A DNA stretch of 64,000 bases, taken from positions 71,858,001-71,922,000 of the forward strand of contig OZ024742.1 in the NCBI GenBank assembly GCA_964016885.1, in the 5' to 3' direction. A program made the translations under genes and the position numbers. The DNA comes from Eledone cirrhosa (taxonomy: Eukaryota). The notes below the pieces were generated by a model, which searched no databases, was not told where the DNA came from, and worked only from the letters and a program-made list of their open reading frames with translations. This document shows, piece by piece, positions 12,376-24,137 of this stretch. Positions within the stretch are counted from its first letter, which is position 1; each line of letters starts with the position of its first letter.

Positions 12376-12925
12376 CTGATGAGGTAATTTATTAATCAGA
12401 TTGCGCAGTTCCATAACCTACGTTTGATTTGTTCAATTTTTTTCTTCAATTTTTGTTGTTGTTGTTTTTTATTTCTTATTGAAAAAATATAAATAATAAA
12501 ATAAGGTTAGAAATTTAAATACAATTATATACGATTTAATTTCCATTTCCAGCAGCCAATGTCCAGTGTTCAATTTCATGAAAAAATTGGAAATAATTAA
12601 AAAAATTGAAGTTTAACTTTTGAACATTTGTTTTGACAATAAAAAAATATTTCCTTATTCACACCTAATGGTATGATTAAAATTTCATAGGAATATTTTT
12701 TTCTAACCGCCAGTTATTTATTTTCTTCTTTTTCGTTTTAACATATATTTATTTCAAAGATTTCACCGTATAGATAACATATATATTTATACATGCATAA
12801 AAGACACACCGAGAGACGGTGAACATGTGGTGCCGAAAACATTTATCATCCAAATCTCAACAATATCAGTATATACACTAGATTTGCTAGCAGAAAACCG
12901 CCCACCGGGTGGTTTTCTGCTAGTC

Positions 12926-13270
12926 TCTATATATAAAACTGAGGTTGTCTGTCTGTCCGCCTGTCTGTCTGTCTACTAAAACGGTCGGCACACATCTCCT
13001 CTTAAACCTTGCGCTCAAATTTCGGTGAAATTGCTACACTTATAGATGAAGGTCCGACGGAGACATCGGTCAAAACAATTTTCAACTCGACCACGCCAAG
13101 TGCAAAAAATCGAATTTGTAATGTATTGATTTTTCAGTTCAAATGTATAAATAGAAATGAGAGACGAGTTATTTCCCTTTTATGGAACGCGCAGACCGTT
13201 AACAAATGTCCACCACTTGCAGACGATCAGATATTTCGATTCTTGTCAGAATAAGTAGATGCTATAATAT
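12926..13270 (+). mobile_element. Helitron-like 5' portion
   Basis: Starts TCTATATATATAAAA..GTCTGTCTGTC, like 22286 and 26244. 3' boundary uncertain. Confidence 0.5.
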
Positions 13271-13378
13271 TGATTAAAATAACAGATTAAAGTTTAAGCA
13301 AAGAAACACTGATTCCACCGTTAAGCAGCGATTCTTTGCTTAAACTTTAATCTGTTATTTTAATATATATATATATAT

Positions 13379-13690
13379 TGTTATACTTGGGGAGGGTCAT
13401 ATTTGTGTAATATTGCCAGAATTAATAACAGAACACACTCACTGTTTGGTTGGTTTTCGCTTCTCGCTTCTGTGTCTTTTATATCGGTAATCTAATTTAT
13501 TCGGTCCTCAATGTTGCCATTGACTGACCGACGGTCAAAAATAATACAGATACAATATAGACACAAACACATATATATAGTTTATCAAAGTTCTTTCGTT
13601 GCACATCTGCAACATCGTCAGTGGTGCTATTGTTTCCTCCCGTTACATTGTATGTCTGCGCCATTTTTATTTAGTCTATATATATATTTA
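13379..13690 (-). mobile_element. Isolated 3'-terminal repeat (pseudo-LTR) of the Penelope-like element
   Basis: ~310-bp diverged copy of 13845-14160, same orientation, containing the HHR. Confidence 0.85.
13577..13630 (-). ncRNA. Minimal type-I hammerhead ribozyme (family A)
   Basis: AUAG-CACCA CUGACGA U GUUGCA-GAUG-UGCAAC GAAA GAAC UU UGAU-AAA-CUAU. Confidence 0.7.
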
Positions 13691-13777
13691 TTTATTAAAA
13701 TAACAGATTAAAGTTTAAGCAAAGAATCGCTGCTTATCGAGCCCTGTTTGGATTTTAGTCTTCAAATTTATTATTAT

Positions 13778-13842
<65 letters not shown>

Positions 13843-13844
13843 TA

Positions 13845-15821
13845 GTTATACTTGGGGAGGGTCATATTTGTGTAATATTGCCAGAATTAATAACAGAACA
13901 CACTCACTGTTTGGTTGGTTTTCGCTTCTCGCTTCTGTGTCTTTTATATCGGTAATCAAATATACTCAGTCCTCAATGTTGTCATTGACTGATCGGCGGT
14001 CAAAAATAATACACATACAATATAGACACAAACACATATATATAGTTTATCATAAATTTTTCGTTGAACATCTGCAACATCGTCAGTGGTGCTATATTTT
14101 CCTCCTGTTGTATTGTATGTCTACGCCATTTTTATTCAGTCTGTCTATATATTTATTTATTTATTTGCTTGTTTGTTTATTTTATTTTGTCTTCTTTGCG
14201 CATGCGTTTGCGTGTGTGTATAGTGTTTTGTTTGCTGTGTGATGGGTGACTAGTGTGTGTTTATGTGCTTGTTGTTATTGTGCTTGTGTATGTATTTATT
14301 TATTTATTTATTTATTTTATTTTATTTACTTATTTATACTTCTCTTAGGTCAGTGTTGTTTGTTTGGGTGTTGTTGTTATTCCATTCATTCTTTCTGTTT
14401 AGCCTTGGTCTTCTAATTTCTATTTCACTGGCCTCTCTGATTTGCCTATCTGCTGGGTCATTTCTATATTTAGATATTATTCTAATTTCTATGTTGTCTA
14501 TGTTACCGTCATGTTGTTGTCTAGCATGTTCGTATAGTACTGACCCGTTTTTTCGTCCTTTTAGTTCCCCCAGTGTTGGTCTATCCTTTCACCTATGCTA
14601 CGAGCTGTCTCACCTATGTATGTTGTTGTCATGTTTCTGCAAGTACCCTCTGTACATCTTATGCTATAGACTACGTTTCTAGTTTTACAGTTTATCCGGG
14701 GGTTCACCTTACATATGATACATTTCCTATTGGTACAGTGGGTTTTCTTAAAAGGGTAGGTTTTGCTGATCAGGGATTTTATGGTGGTTCCTGGCTTTTC
14801 TACCACCTTTATTTTTAAGTGGGTCTTTCTCAAGGCCTTTCTACACTGGTTAGCTAATTTCCCTCCAGGGGTAGCGTCCACAAACATGACACTCTGGTAT
14901 CTCTGGTTGTCGTACCATGAGGTCTAGCCCTATCTAAGCTATTCCATGATTTCCTCCTGTATAATGGGAAAATTCCTTTCATGTCCAGTTCTATGAGGGT
15001 CTTATACTTCTCCATGGCTCCTTCGTATACTCTGATTTTGTCTCTTTGGTTGTAGCCAGAGAACTGCATGCGGTTGATGAAGTGTTGGATGTGTCTTTCC
15101 ATTTCTGTTGGGTCGCACATGCGGGACACATTCTTCATCACTCGTACCAAATCTGCGATCAGAATATTAAACTTAGCACTACTGGACATTGCTGAGTTTT
15201 TGAGTATCAGGTATTTGGAGGCCATGGGTTTAGCATAGTGTGAGTGGAGAATTTGGGCTCTCTCGTCTATAGTGTTAATCCAGAGTTCTGTGTCTAATAC
15301 AGGTAGTCTATTGTTAGGGTGTTTGGAAGGGAAGTCGATAGTTACAGTTATACTCTGGTGTATGGAATTAGCTATCTGCTGGATGCTTTCCATCGTGCTA
15401 CGTTCTAAATCAAACTTGTTAGTGCTCTCTAGTGGGGGTGTTCTTATAACTATATTGATATCGTCTACATAACGAGAGTACATGATGAGGTCTATGGAGC
15501 TCTCATTAAGGAGATATTTAAGTCTCCTTTCCCACCATACCATGAAAAGGTTGGCAACATCACCAGCTATGCTGACGCCGATGGCTGCTCCCTCATTTTG
15601 GGTGTAGATCTTCTCGTTGAACTTAAATATGTGACCCTTTAGGGTAGTTTAGATACTAGCCCCTATTGCATGTGCGACCATTTTTCTTACTTGATCATTG
15701 TTTTGGGGGTCCGTATAGCTTTAGTCCACCCAATCCACCTTCCCATGGGAGTCTTTTTTGCCATTGAGGTTATGGTGTGGGGGGGGGGGGGTCTACCTCT
15801 TATAGGTCTACTAGGGCAGAA
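13845..15821 (-). mobile_element. Penelope-like retroelement, 5'-truncated (left arm of palindrome)
   Basis: RT motifs QNEGAAIGVSIAGDVANLFM and YSRYVDDI; C-terminal GIY-YIG nuclease (NVVY..YIGETARSIGER). Disrupted by a stop and frameshifts. Confidence 0.9.
14040..14097 (-). ncRNA. Minimal type-I hammerhead ribozyme (family A)
   Basis: CUGACGA core, stem II with one mismatch, GAA-AAAUUU-A palindromic stem III, stem I AUAUAG/CUAUAU. Confidence 0.7.
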
Positions 15822-18093
15822 ATCCTACTTCCTCTCAATGGTTATACGCCCCATAATCAAGATGTCCCCAGATGTATGTGACAGTACAGAGGACCTCCTC
15901 AGCAGAATCAGTGAGTGCAACAAAAACAGGAACCTATCCAACTGCATAATAGGCAGTATGGATGTGGTGTCACTGTACCCATCCATTAACATTGATTTTG
16001 CTGTGAAAAGATGTGTGGAGATGATCATTGAGAGTGAGGTGGAGTTCTGCGACGTCGACACAGACGAACTGGGCCTCCTACTTAGACTTACCTACGACAC
16101 TGACTACCTAGACAGCCATGACCTTAGACGTGCCCTAGTAGACCTATAAGAGGTAGACCCCCCACCATAACCTCAATGGCAAAAAAGACTCCCATGGGAA
16201 GGTGGATTGGGTGAACCAAAGCTATACAGACCCCCCAAAACAATGATCAGGTAAGAAAAATGGTCGCACATGCAATAGGGGCTAGTATCAAAACTACCCT
16301 AAAGGGTCACATATTTAAGTTCAACGAGAAGATCTACACCCAAAATGAGGGAGCAGCCATCGGCGTCAGCATAGCTGTGATGTTGCCAACCTTTTCATGG
16401 TATGGTGGGAAAGGAGACTTAAATATCTCCTTAATGAGAGCTCCATAGACCTCATCATGTACTCTCGTTATGTAGACGATATCAATATAGTTATAAGAAC
16501 ACCCCCACTAGAGAGCACTAACAAGTTTGATTTAGAACGTAGCACGATGGAAAGCATCCAGCAGATAGCTAATTCCATACACCAGAGTATAACTGTAACT
16601 ATCGACTTCCCTTCCAAACACCCTAACAATAGACTACCTGTATTAGACACAGAACTCTGGATTAACACTATAGACGAGAGAGCCCAAATTCTCCACTCAC
16701 ACTATGCTAAACCCATGGCCTCCAAATACCTGATACTCAAAAACTCAGCAATGTCCAGTAGTGCTAAGTTTAATATTCTGATCGCAGATTTGGTACGAGT
16801 GATGAAGAATGTGTCCCGCATGTGCGACCCAACAGAAATGGAAAGACACATCTAACACTTCATCAACCGCATGCAGTTTCTGGCTACAACCAAAGAGACA
16901 AAATCAGAGTATACGAAGGAGCCATGGAGAAGTATAAGACCCTCATAGAACTGGACATGAAAAGAATTTTCCCATTATACAGGAGCAAATCATGGAATAG
17001 CTTAGATAGGGCTAGACCATGGTACGACAACCAGAGATACCAGAGTGTCATGTTTGTGGACGCTACCCCTGGAGGGAAATTAGCTAACCAGTGTAGAAAG
17101 GCCCTGAGAAAGACCCACTTAAAAATAAAGGTGGTAGAAAAGCCAGGAACCACCATAAAATCCCTGATCAGCAAAACCTACCCTTTTAAGAAAACCCACT
17201 GTACCAATAGGAAATGTATCATATGTAAGGTGAACCCCCGGATAAACTGTAAAACTAGAAACGTAGTCTATAGCATAAGATGTACAGAGGGTACTTGCAG
17301 AAACATGACAACAACATACATAGGTGAGACAGCTCGTAGCATAGGTGAAAGGATAGACCAACACTGGGGGGAACTAAAAGGACGAAAAAACGGGTCAGTA
17401 CTATACGAACATGCTAGACAACAACATGACGGTAACATAGACAACATAGAAATTAGAATAATATCTAAACATAGAAATGACCCAGCAGATAGGCAAATCA
17501 GAGAGGCCAGTGAAATAGAAATTAGAAGACCAAGGCTAAACAGAAAGAATGAATGGAATAACAACAACACCCAAACAAACAACACTGACCTAAGAGAAGT
17601 ATAAATAAGTAAATAAAATAAAATAAATAAATAAATAAATAAATACATACACAAGCACAATAACAACAAGCACATAAACACACACTAGTCACCCATCACA
17701 CAGCAAACAAAACACTATACACACACGCAAACGCATGCGCAAAGAAGACAAAATAAAATAAACAAACAAGCAAATAAATAAATAAATATATAGACAGACT
17801 GAATAAAAATGGCGTAGACATACAATACAACAGGAGGAAAATATAGCACCACTGATGATGTTGCAGATGTGCAACGAAAGATTTATGATAAACTATATAT
17901 ATGTGTTTGTGTCTATATTGTATCTGTATTATTTTTGACCGCCGATCAGTCAATGGCAACATTGAGGACCGAGTATATTAGATTACCGATATAAAAGACA
18001 CAGAAGCGAGAAGCGAAAACCAACCAAACAGTGAGTGTGTTCTGTTATTAATTCTGGCAATATTACACAAATATGACCCTCCCCAAGTATAAC
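15822..18093 (+). mobile_element. Penelope-like retroelement, 5'-truncated (right arm of palindrome)
   Basis: RT motifs SMDVVSLYPSI, QNEGAAIG and YVDD; Cys-rich linker CTNRKCIIC; GIY-YIG (VVY..YIG..EASEI); then the tail with HHR. Stops at ~16212 and ~16853 plus frameshifts. Confidence 0.9.
17841..17898 (+). ncRNA. Minimal type-I hammerhead ribozyme (family A)
   Basis: AUAUAG-CACCA CUGAUGA U GUUGCA-GAUG-UGCAAC GAAA GAUU UA UGAU-AAA-CUAUAU. Confidence 0.75.
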
Positions 18094-18113
18094 AATATTT
18101 ATTTCGACACACG

Positions 18114-18188
<75 letters not shown>

Positions 18189-19050
18189 TTTCACAAAGTA
18201 TATAGCTAATGTCCTATAACATATTCCACGAATAACGGTTAATTTTTTACACATATTTCAATATATTCTACAATGTATTAATTCAGTTTCTCAGCATATA
18301 TTAAGCCTTTGACCTTTTTTCGATAGCCTTAGATTTTCGTTCAAACCTTCGTAGATTTTGTAAACAAATTATGACGTCATATGTTTTTCTACGTTTATAA
18401 ATCATTCTAGCAATTTCCTTTATTTACTTGATATAAAATAAAAATTAAATAGTATACCCAACATATATAGATTTTTAATAGAAATTTTTAATTTTGACAT
18501 AGATAGACTATTTTTATTTTTTAATTTAATTTTATTTTATAAAAATCTTTTTTATACTTATTTTAATTTAATTTAATTTTTTTAAATTTTATTTTATTAA
18601 TACATTTTTACACTTCTTAATCCAATTTTTAGTATTTAAATCCAATATAAAATAATATACCCAGTTTCTATATTTTAGACCTCTAATATTTGAATACCAT
18701 CTATAATTGTTTCTACGTTTTGGCACAAGGCCAGCAATTATCCAGTGCATTACTGGTACTTTATTTTATCGCACATACACCTCATCAATTTAGTCTTTAA
18801 CCGTTATTTACAACTTGTTTCATTTTGACAGCGTTCCTGATCAAAAGTCTCTCTCTCTCTCTTTCTCTTTCTCTCTCTTCCTTCTTTCTTTTTTCCTTTT
18901 TCCTCTCTTCACTTTCCTTTTCCTTTTTCTATTCATTCTTTCCTCTTCTTCTATTTTCCTATCTTTTTCTTACTCTTATATTTCTGTCATATGTAGACTT
19001 TGCACTTTCCTGTTGACAAGTGTTTTTAGGCCTCATATCATGTTACCTTA

Positions 19051-19116
19051 TTTTATCTGATGAGAACACAATTTTTGTCCCAGGATGATGTTGTTTTCGA
19101 AATGCGCATAATAAAA
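19051..19116 (+). ncRNA. Type-I hammerhead ribozyme (family B)
   Basis: UUUUAU CUGAUGA GAACACAA-19nt-UUGUUUUC GAA AUGCGCAU A AUAAAA: intact core, 6-bp stem I, palindromic stem III. Confidence 0.8.
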
Positions 19117-19399
19117 ATATATGGAACTTTTTTAACCATCTTTTAATTTCTTCTTATATATGTGTGTGTGATGTGTGTGTGTGTGAGAGAGTTTATGTCA
19201 TTTGAAATAGAAACAGAAAGTCATTAATATAATGGTACATCTTTTTCTTTTTTCTAGGGTTACTGAATCTAGAGCAATGTGATAATCATATATAGTGATA
19301 TCCAGAATTTGATAATATTTTGTTATCCTCTCTATTTTTTCTCTTTTCCCTAAATTAGACATAACAGAGACATTACCATATATACTCAAATATCAACAG

Positions 19400-19640
19400 A
19401 TCTAAATATAATCTAAACTCCTATTTTATGCCTGAGAAATGGGCAAAAATCGAAAACCCGTTTATAAGCTAATTAACACATTATGTTTAGATGGTGTGGT
19501 TTTGAAATACTCATGAGTATTAAATATATTTATGAAGTTTTAATATTTTGATGTTTAAAATGTTTTAAGTGTCGTTTAAAATATAGTTTTTATTTCACAA
19601 CTCCATTATGTAATGCATTTTTACCATTTCGTTTTATAGT
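19400..19640. repeat. Unclassified dispersed repeat
   Basis: Inverted homolog at ~61670-61890 (shares CACAACTCCATTAT, TTATGTTTAGATGGTG, CTGAGAAA blocks). Confidence 0.6.
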
Positions 19641-19976
19641 TTCAACAAGTTTCTCAAACTTTTATTTACTTCTGGCCACTTACATACTGGGAGTAGTTGA
19701 AAGTAAACAATCGAATAAGAGAACTTTGTATAGGAATTCATTGAGTAGAAGTGGGAGAGAGAGACAGCAAGTAAGAGAGAGAGGAGAGATAGAGCAAGAA
19801 AAAGAGAGGGAGAGAGAGCAATAAAATAAAATCAGATTTCTATCTTACGTTTTTAAGCATTATAGGGGTGCAGATGAAAACATGTTCATTTTAGTAGACT
19901 TGCTATCAAAGAAAATTATTTTTTCGTAACAAAGCAATTTATTTGTCTCTATTTTCCTCTAATAATATATAACAGT

Positions 19977-20060
19977 TGCCAGTCCACTCAAGGATGCCAG
20001 ACAGTGTTGTTTCAAGATTTATTAATCTTTCATCAGTGGCACATTCAATCCATACTGGCA
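19977..20060 (-). ncRNA. Type-I hammerhead ribozyme (family C), GUC site
   Basis: UGCCAGU..GUGCCA CUGAUGA AAGAUU-AAUA-AAUCUU GAAAC-AACACU-GUC UGGCAU..ACUGGCA. Confidence 0.88.
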
Positions 20061-20140
20061 TGGAAATAGACTAAAGTCTATATAACATTTTGCAGGTTGT
20101 TGTTTTAAATGTCCACTTTCCCTGCTAGCAAGAGTTGGAC

Positions 20141-20193
<53 letters not shown>

Positions 20194-20535
20194 ATATTAA
20201 TAAATGGAAACTATATTTATAAAACCATAATTATTTTATTATATATATTTCAAGGGCAACCAAGCCAATTTTGGTGCGCTTTCATCACATAAAATACAAA
20301 ATTTGTTTTATAAATAGTGACATAACCATGGAAAACAACCTTGACGGTTGAAAATTCGTTGGATAGTGAACATTTATTAAGGGTAATTCAAAGTTATGTG
20401 TGAATATATCAGTTATAAACTTTTAAGTTTGTTGGAATCCCAACAAATTAAATATAACTTCTACATATATATATATAAATGAAAATATAGAAATTAATGT
20501 GAGCAAGGAGCCAACAGTATCTCATAATATATAAG

Positions 20536-20574
<39 letters not shown>

Positions 20575-20757
20575 AATACAATAACAGAGATAGTTTAAAG
20601 CTAAACTCTGACTGGTAACCATCTCACTCAACAAACATTAGGTTATATTAAAATATAAACCCAATTTAAGTGTTTGGGGTGCTAACAATATGTATAATGT
20701 GGAAAAACCAGTTGTATTATTTTATGAGATATAATTAAAGTTAAAGTATATCTCTCT

Positions 20758-20882
20758 TTCCAAACAATTGTTTCATTATAAGTTTTCTACAAGTTGGGAG
20801 AGTGTTTCCAGTTTATGTAGAAGCCTAATATATATTCATGTAAGAATATATTTAGGTGGGCACTTATAAATCATCAGTGGAA
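20758..20882 (-). ncRNA. Type-I hammerhead ribozyme with expanded branched stem II (family D)
   Basis: UUCCA CUGAUGA U UUAUAAGU-(~78 nt, two hairpins)-ACUUAUAA U GAA ACAAUUGU U UGGAA. Confidence 0.7.
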
Positions 20883-21703
20883 GCCCGTTAAACATCGATA
20901 TAAGAAAACAATTTCTTACCGCTGTTAAAAATCGTGTCAGTAAAGTTGCTCTCTCTCACCTCGAATGACCGCCAAATTTGAAATTCCAGCAGTTTTTGAC
21001 TGAGGAAGTATCGTAGCGACACGAAGCGGGAAGGGGAGACAACCCACGAAATGAGGAAAAAAAATAATAATATACACGCGGGTTAATTAGTTTTTATGAA
21101 AACATTATCAATCCAACGTGTTTAAGAACTCAATTGAAAATAAAAAAATAAATATATGCTTGTATAAAATTACACACGCATATAAATATTTTCTTAGGCT
21201 AAATCAGAAGTTGTACCCGAATAAGAACCGCTTCTCATAACCGCAGTAAATGCAGAAAGTTATGCTATAAAGGGCAAATGGGAATATAATTCTCCGGCCG
21301 AATTAAGAGTAAAATATAAAACGCACGCGGGTTAATTAGTTATTTCAAAACCAACATCAATTCCTCGTGTAAAGAACTCAATTAATAAAAGAAAATAAAT
21401 ACATATATGCATGTAATTATATACGTAGGCATATATATATATATATTTTCTTAGGCTAAAAAACAGAGAAGTTACAACCAAAAAAAGCCACAATATTTCA
21501 CAACAGTAATAAATACGGAAAGTCAAATTCATAAGGTACCTGGAAATAAACACCTCTGGCCAATCAAGAGTAAATATTTAATACAATAACAGGGATAGTT
21601 TAAAGCTAAACTCTGACTGGTAACCATCTCGCTCAACAAACATTAGGTTATATTAAAATATAAACCCAATTTAAGTGTTTGGGGTGCTAACAATATGTAT
21701 AAT

Positions 21704-21792
21704 TGTTTCTACTTTAGGCACAAGGCCAGCAATTACCCAGTGCATTACTGGTACTTTATTTTATCGACCCCGTAAGGATGAAAGGCAAAGTC
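21704..21792 (-). mobile_element. SINE family 1 insertion with 15-bp TSD
   Basis: TSD AACAATATGTATAAT at 21689-21703 and 21793-21807. Empty site visible in the sister repeat at ~20684. Confidence 0.92.
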
Positions 21793-21866
21793 AACAATAT
21801 GTATAATGTGGAAAAACCAGTTGTATTATTTTATGAGATATAATTAAAGTTAAAGTATATCTCTCT

Positions 21867-21992
21867 TTCCAAACAATTGTTTCATTATAAGTTTTCTACA
21901 AGTTTGGGAGAGTGTTTCCAGTTTATGTAGAAGCCTAATATATATTCATGTAAGAATATATTTAGGTGGGCACTTATAAATCATCAGTGGAA
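21867..21992 (-). ncRNA. Type-I hammerhead ribozyme with expanded stem II (family D, second copy)
   Basis: Same as 20758-20882 apart from a 1-nt indel in the stem-II insertion. Confidence 0.7.
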
Positions 21993-22285
21993 GCCCGTTA
22001 AACATCGATATAAGAAAACAATTTCTTACCGCTGTTAAAAATCGTGTCAGTAAAGTTGCTCTCTCTCACCTCGAATGACCGCCAAATTTGAAATTCCAGC
22101 AGTTTTTGACTGAGGAAGTATCGTAGCGACACGAAGCGGGAAGGGGAGACAACCCACGATCCACGAAATGAGGAAAAAAAAAAAATAATATACACGCGGG
22201 TTAATTAGTATTTATGAAAACATCAATCCAACGTGTTTAAGAACTCAATTGAAAATAAAAAAATAAATATATGCTTGTATAAAAT

Positions 22286-23440
22286 TATATATATATAAAA
22301 CAGAGGATGTCTGTCTGTCTGTGTAAATCCCTAAAACTCGAGAAGTACCAACCGACTTTTTTCAAACTTTACACATACGTTACTTATATTTCTTGAAGTG
22401 CAAAGGGCTAAAAAAATGTTAACTTTTTCTACCCTAGGGTCCGCGTTAGGCGAAAAACCGCATTTTTTTAGGCATTTTTGGTCTTTTTTGAGGCGTTACT
22501 TAAAGATAATCCAACCAATTTCCTCGAAATTTGCAGCACACATTAGTTAGTCCCCTCACATTGCTGTGGACAAAAAGATCTCCGATTCCATTAATGGTTT
22601 CTAGGAAATTTATGAATTAGAATTGGGCATTATATGCCTTTTTCATTTTCAATATAAACGCTACTTAAACATCGTAAGTAACGTATAATATTTCGTTAAA
22701 AATTTGGTTTATTTAACAGAGGACACAACACTTACTTACTTTTAAGCAGGACCATTTTCGTGGGGTTGAGGAAATGAGGAGGACCTTAAAATATTTGTCG
22801 GCACCCTGTTGATGCTTCGTAATTTCATCGCGCACAAATCCGGGCTCTGTGTACGTTGCCGTGTTATTGACACCGTAAAACTCACGTCTGTGCTACTCCT
22901 ACTAAGACCCCTTTTGTTGCTCCTACACTGCAGTATGAACGTCCTGCGCAAGTACGTTGAACAGCGGTTGTGCTAATTCCGCAGTGACCCCTTTTGTCGC
23001 ACCTTTGTTGCTGTGTAAATGCAGTGTTTGTGCTAATTGCACTATGACCCCCTTCTGCTGCAGCTGCGTTGCCAAGCTGATTTCGTCATCTCAATATCCC
23101 TACTTAAACGTTCATCCCAATTTGGTTTTCACACAATTGACTACGTCACTCTGTCAGACTGACGTGTGTTCCCCATCTGTGACGTAATTCGTGAACAGAC
23201 TTACGACATACATCGCCCCACAACACTTACTCCTTTCGCATACAGGATTTCCGCAATCAGCCCAATGACACCGCTACTACTGGATTCTGCCTGCTGGTGT
23301 TCTACGTTTCCAGTAGATGAACAATCATTCCCTGAGAATAAGGGAATTCAAAAAGTACACAGCTACATTCCTCAATCTTTGCATATGTGTGTTGCTATCT
23401 CATGTTTCCTACCCCGTGCAACGCCGGGTCCTGCTGCTAG
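22286..23440 (+). mobile_element. Non-autonomous Helitron
   Basis: 5' TATATATATAAAA..(GTCT)n; 3' hairpin CCCGTGCAACGCCGGG followed by CTAG-T. Internal LKIFVGTLLMLRN..GLC weakly resembles a PIF1 helicase segment. Confidence 0.7.
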
Positions 23441-23560
23441 TATACAATAAACATATAGGTAGCCTCGCTGCCGAAGAAAAATACATTTTTTACGTTACGA
23501 AACGAAACGTAAAATATTACATTTTTTTCAATTTTCGTCTGTGAATATATATCATCGAGT

Positions 23561-23645
23561 TGCCAGTACGTCCTGAGAATGTCAGACAGTTGTTTCAAGA
23601 TTTGCTAATCTTTCATCAGTGACACTTGCCCATTAAGTACTGGCA
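23561..23645 (-). ncRNA. Type-I hammerhead ribozyme (family C), GUC site
   Basis: UGCCAGUAC..GUGUCA CUGAUGA AAGAUU-AGCA-AAUCUU GAAAC-AACU-GUC UGACAU..GUACUGGCA. Confidence 0.88.
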
Positions 23646-24137
23646 TGAGATAGACTTTTGTCTATATAGAATTTTAAAGTACCAGTTATACACTGGGACA
23701 ATTGCTGGCCTTATGCCAAAAGTAGAAACTATTATTGTTTGCTAGGGTTGTCGATTTGACTATAACAAAGCAGAAAACTTCGGCTGGAAGTAGTCATTTG
23801 CATATAGATGCAAACTTGGTCAGTTATATTCGGTTTGCAGTAGCATTAAGACAGCGTTTAAGTATAATGTAGGTGTATATGAAAACATATATAAATGTAT
23901 ATAATATGCTCATATACAATAAACATATGGGTAGCTTTCTGCTGGAGAAAAATACATTTTTTTGTAACGAAACAAAGCGAAAAAATTATATTTTTTTCTA
24001 TTTTTCTCGGTGAATATATTACCAAGTTGCATATAGTACATTTTAAATATAACTGGCCAATCTCACACTATATGCAAATGATCATTGCCAGCAAAGGATG
24101 ATCACGCAAGGTTTTATATAGACTATAGTCTATCTCA

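Larger units (their letters stand above)
20571..22287 (-). repeat. ~1005-bp tandem repeat (about 1.6 units), each unit carrying an HHR
   Basis: 20571-21172 is nearly identical to 21576-22287, apart from a SINE insertion. Internal diverged ~250-bp subrepeat at 21072-21580. Confidence 0.9.

Noticed and set aside
11943-12414. Gln-rich repetitive ORFs
   Set aside because: Several frames are open only because of the minisatellite; no other gene evidence.
12370-12415. CTGATGAGG...TGCGCA hammerhead-like string
   Set aside because: GAAA missing and no stem I partner.
16208-16216. In-frame TGA in the Penelope RT as possible selenocysteine
   Set aside because: The sister arm has TGG at this codon, so it is a simple nonsense mutation.
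20995-21055. Plus-strand CTGAGGA..hairpin..GAAG (also ~22105)
   Set aside because: GAAG instead of GAAA, and no stem I or III could be formed.
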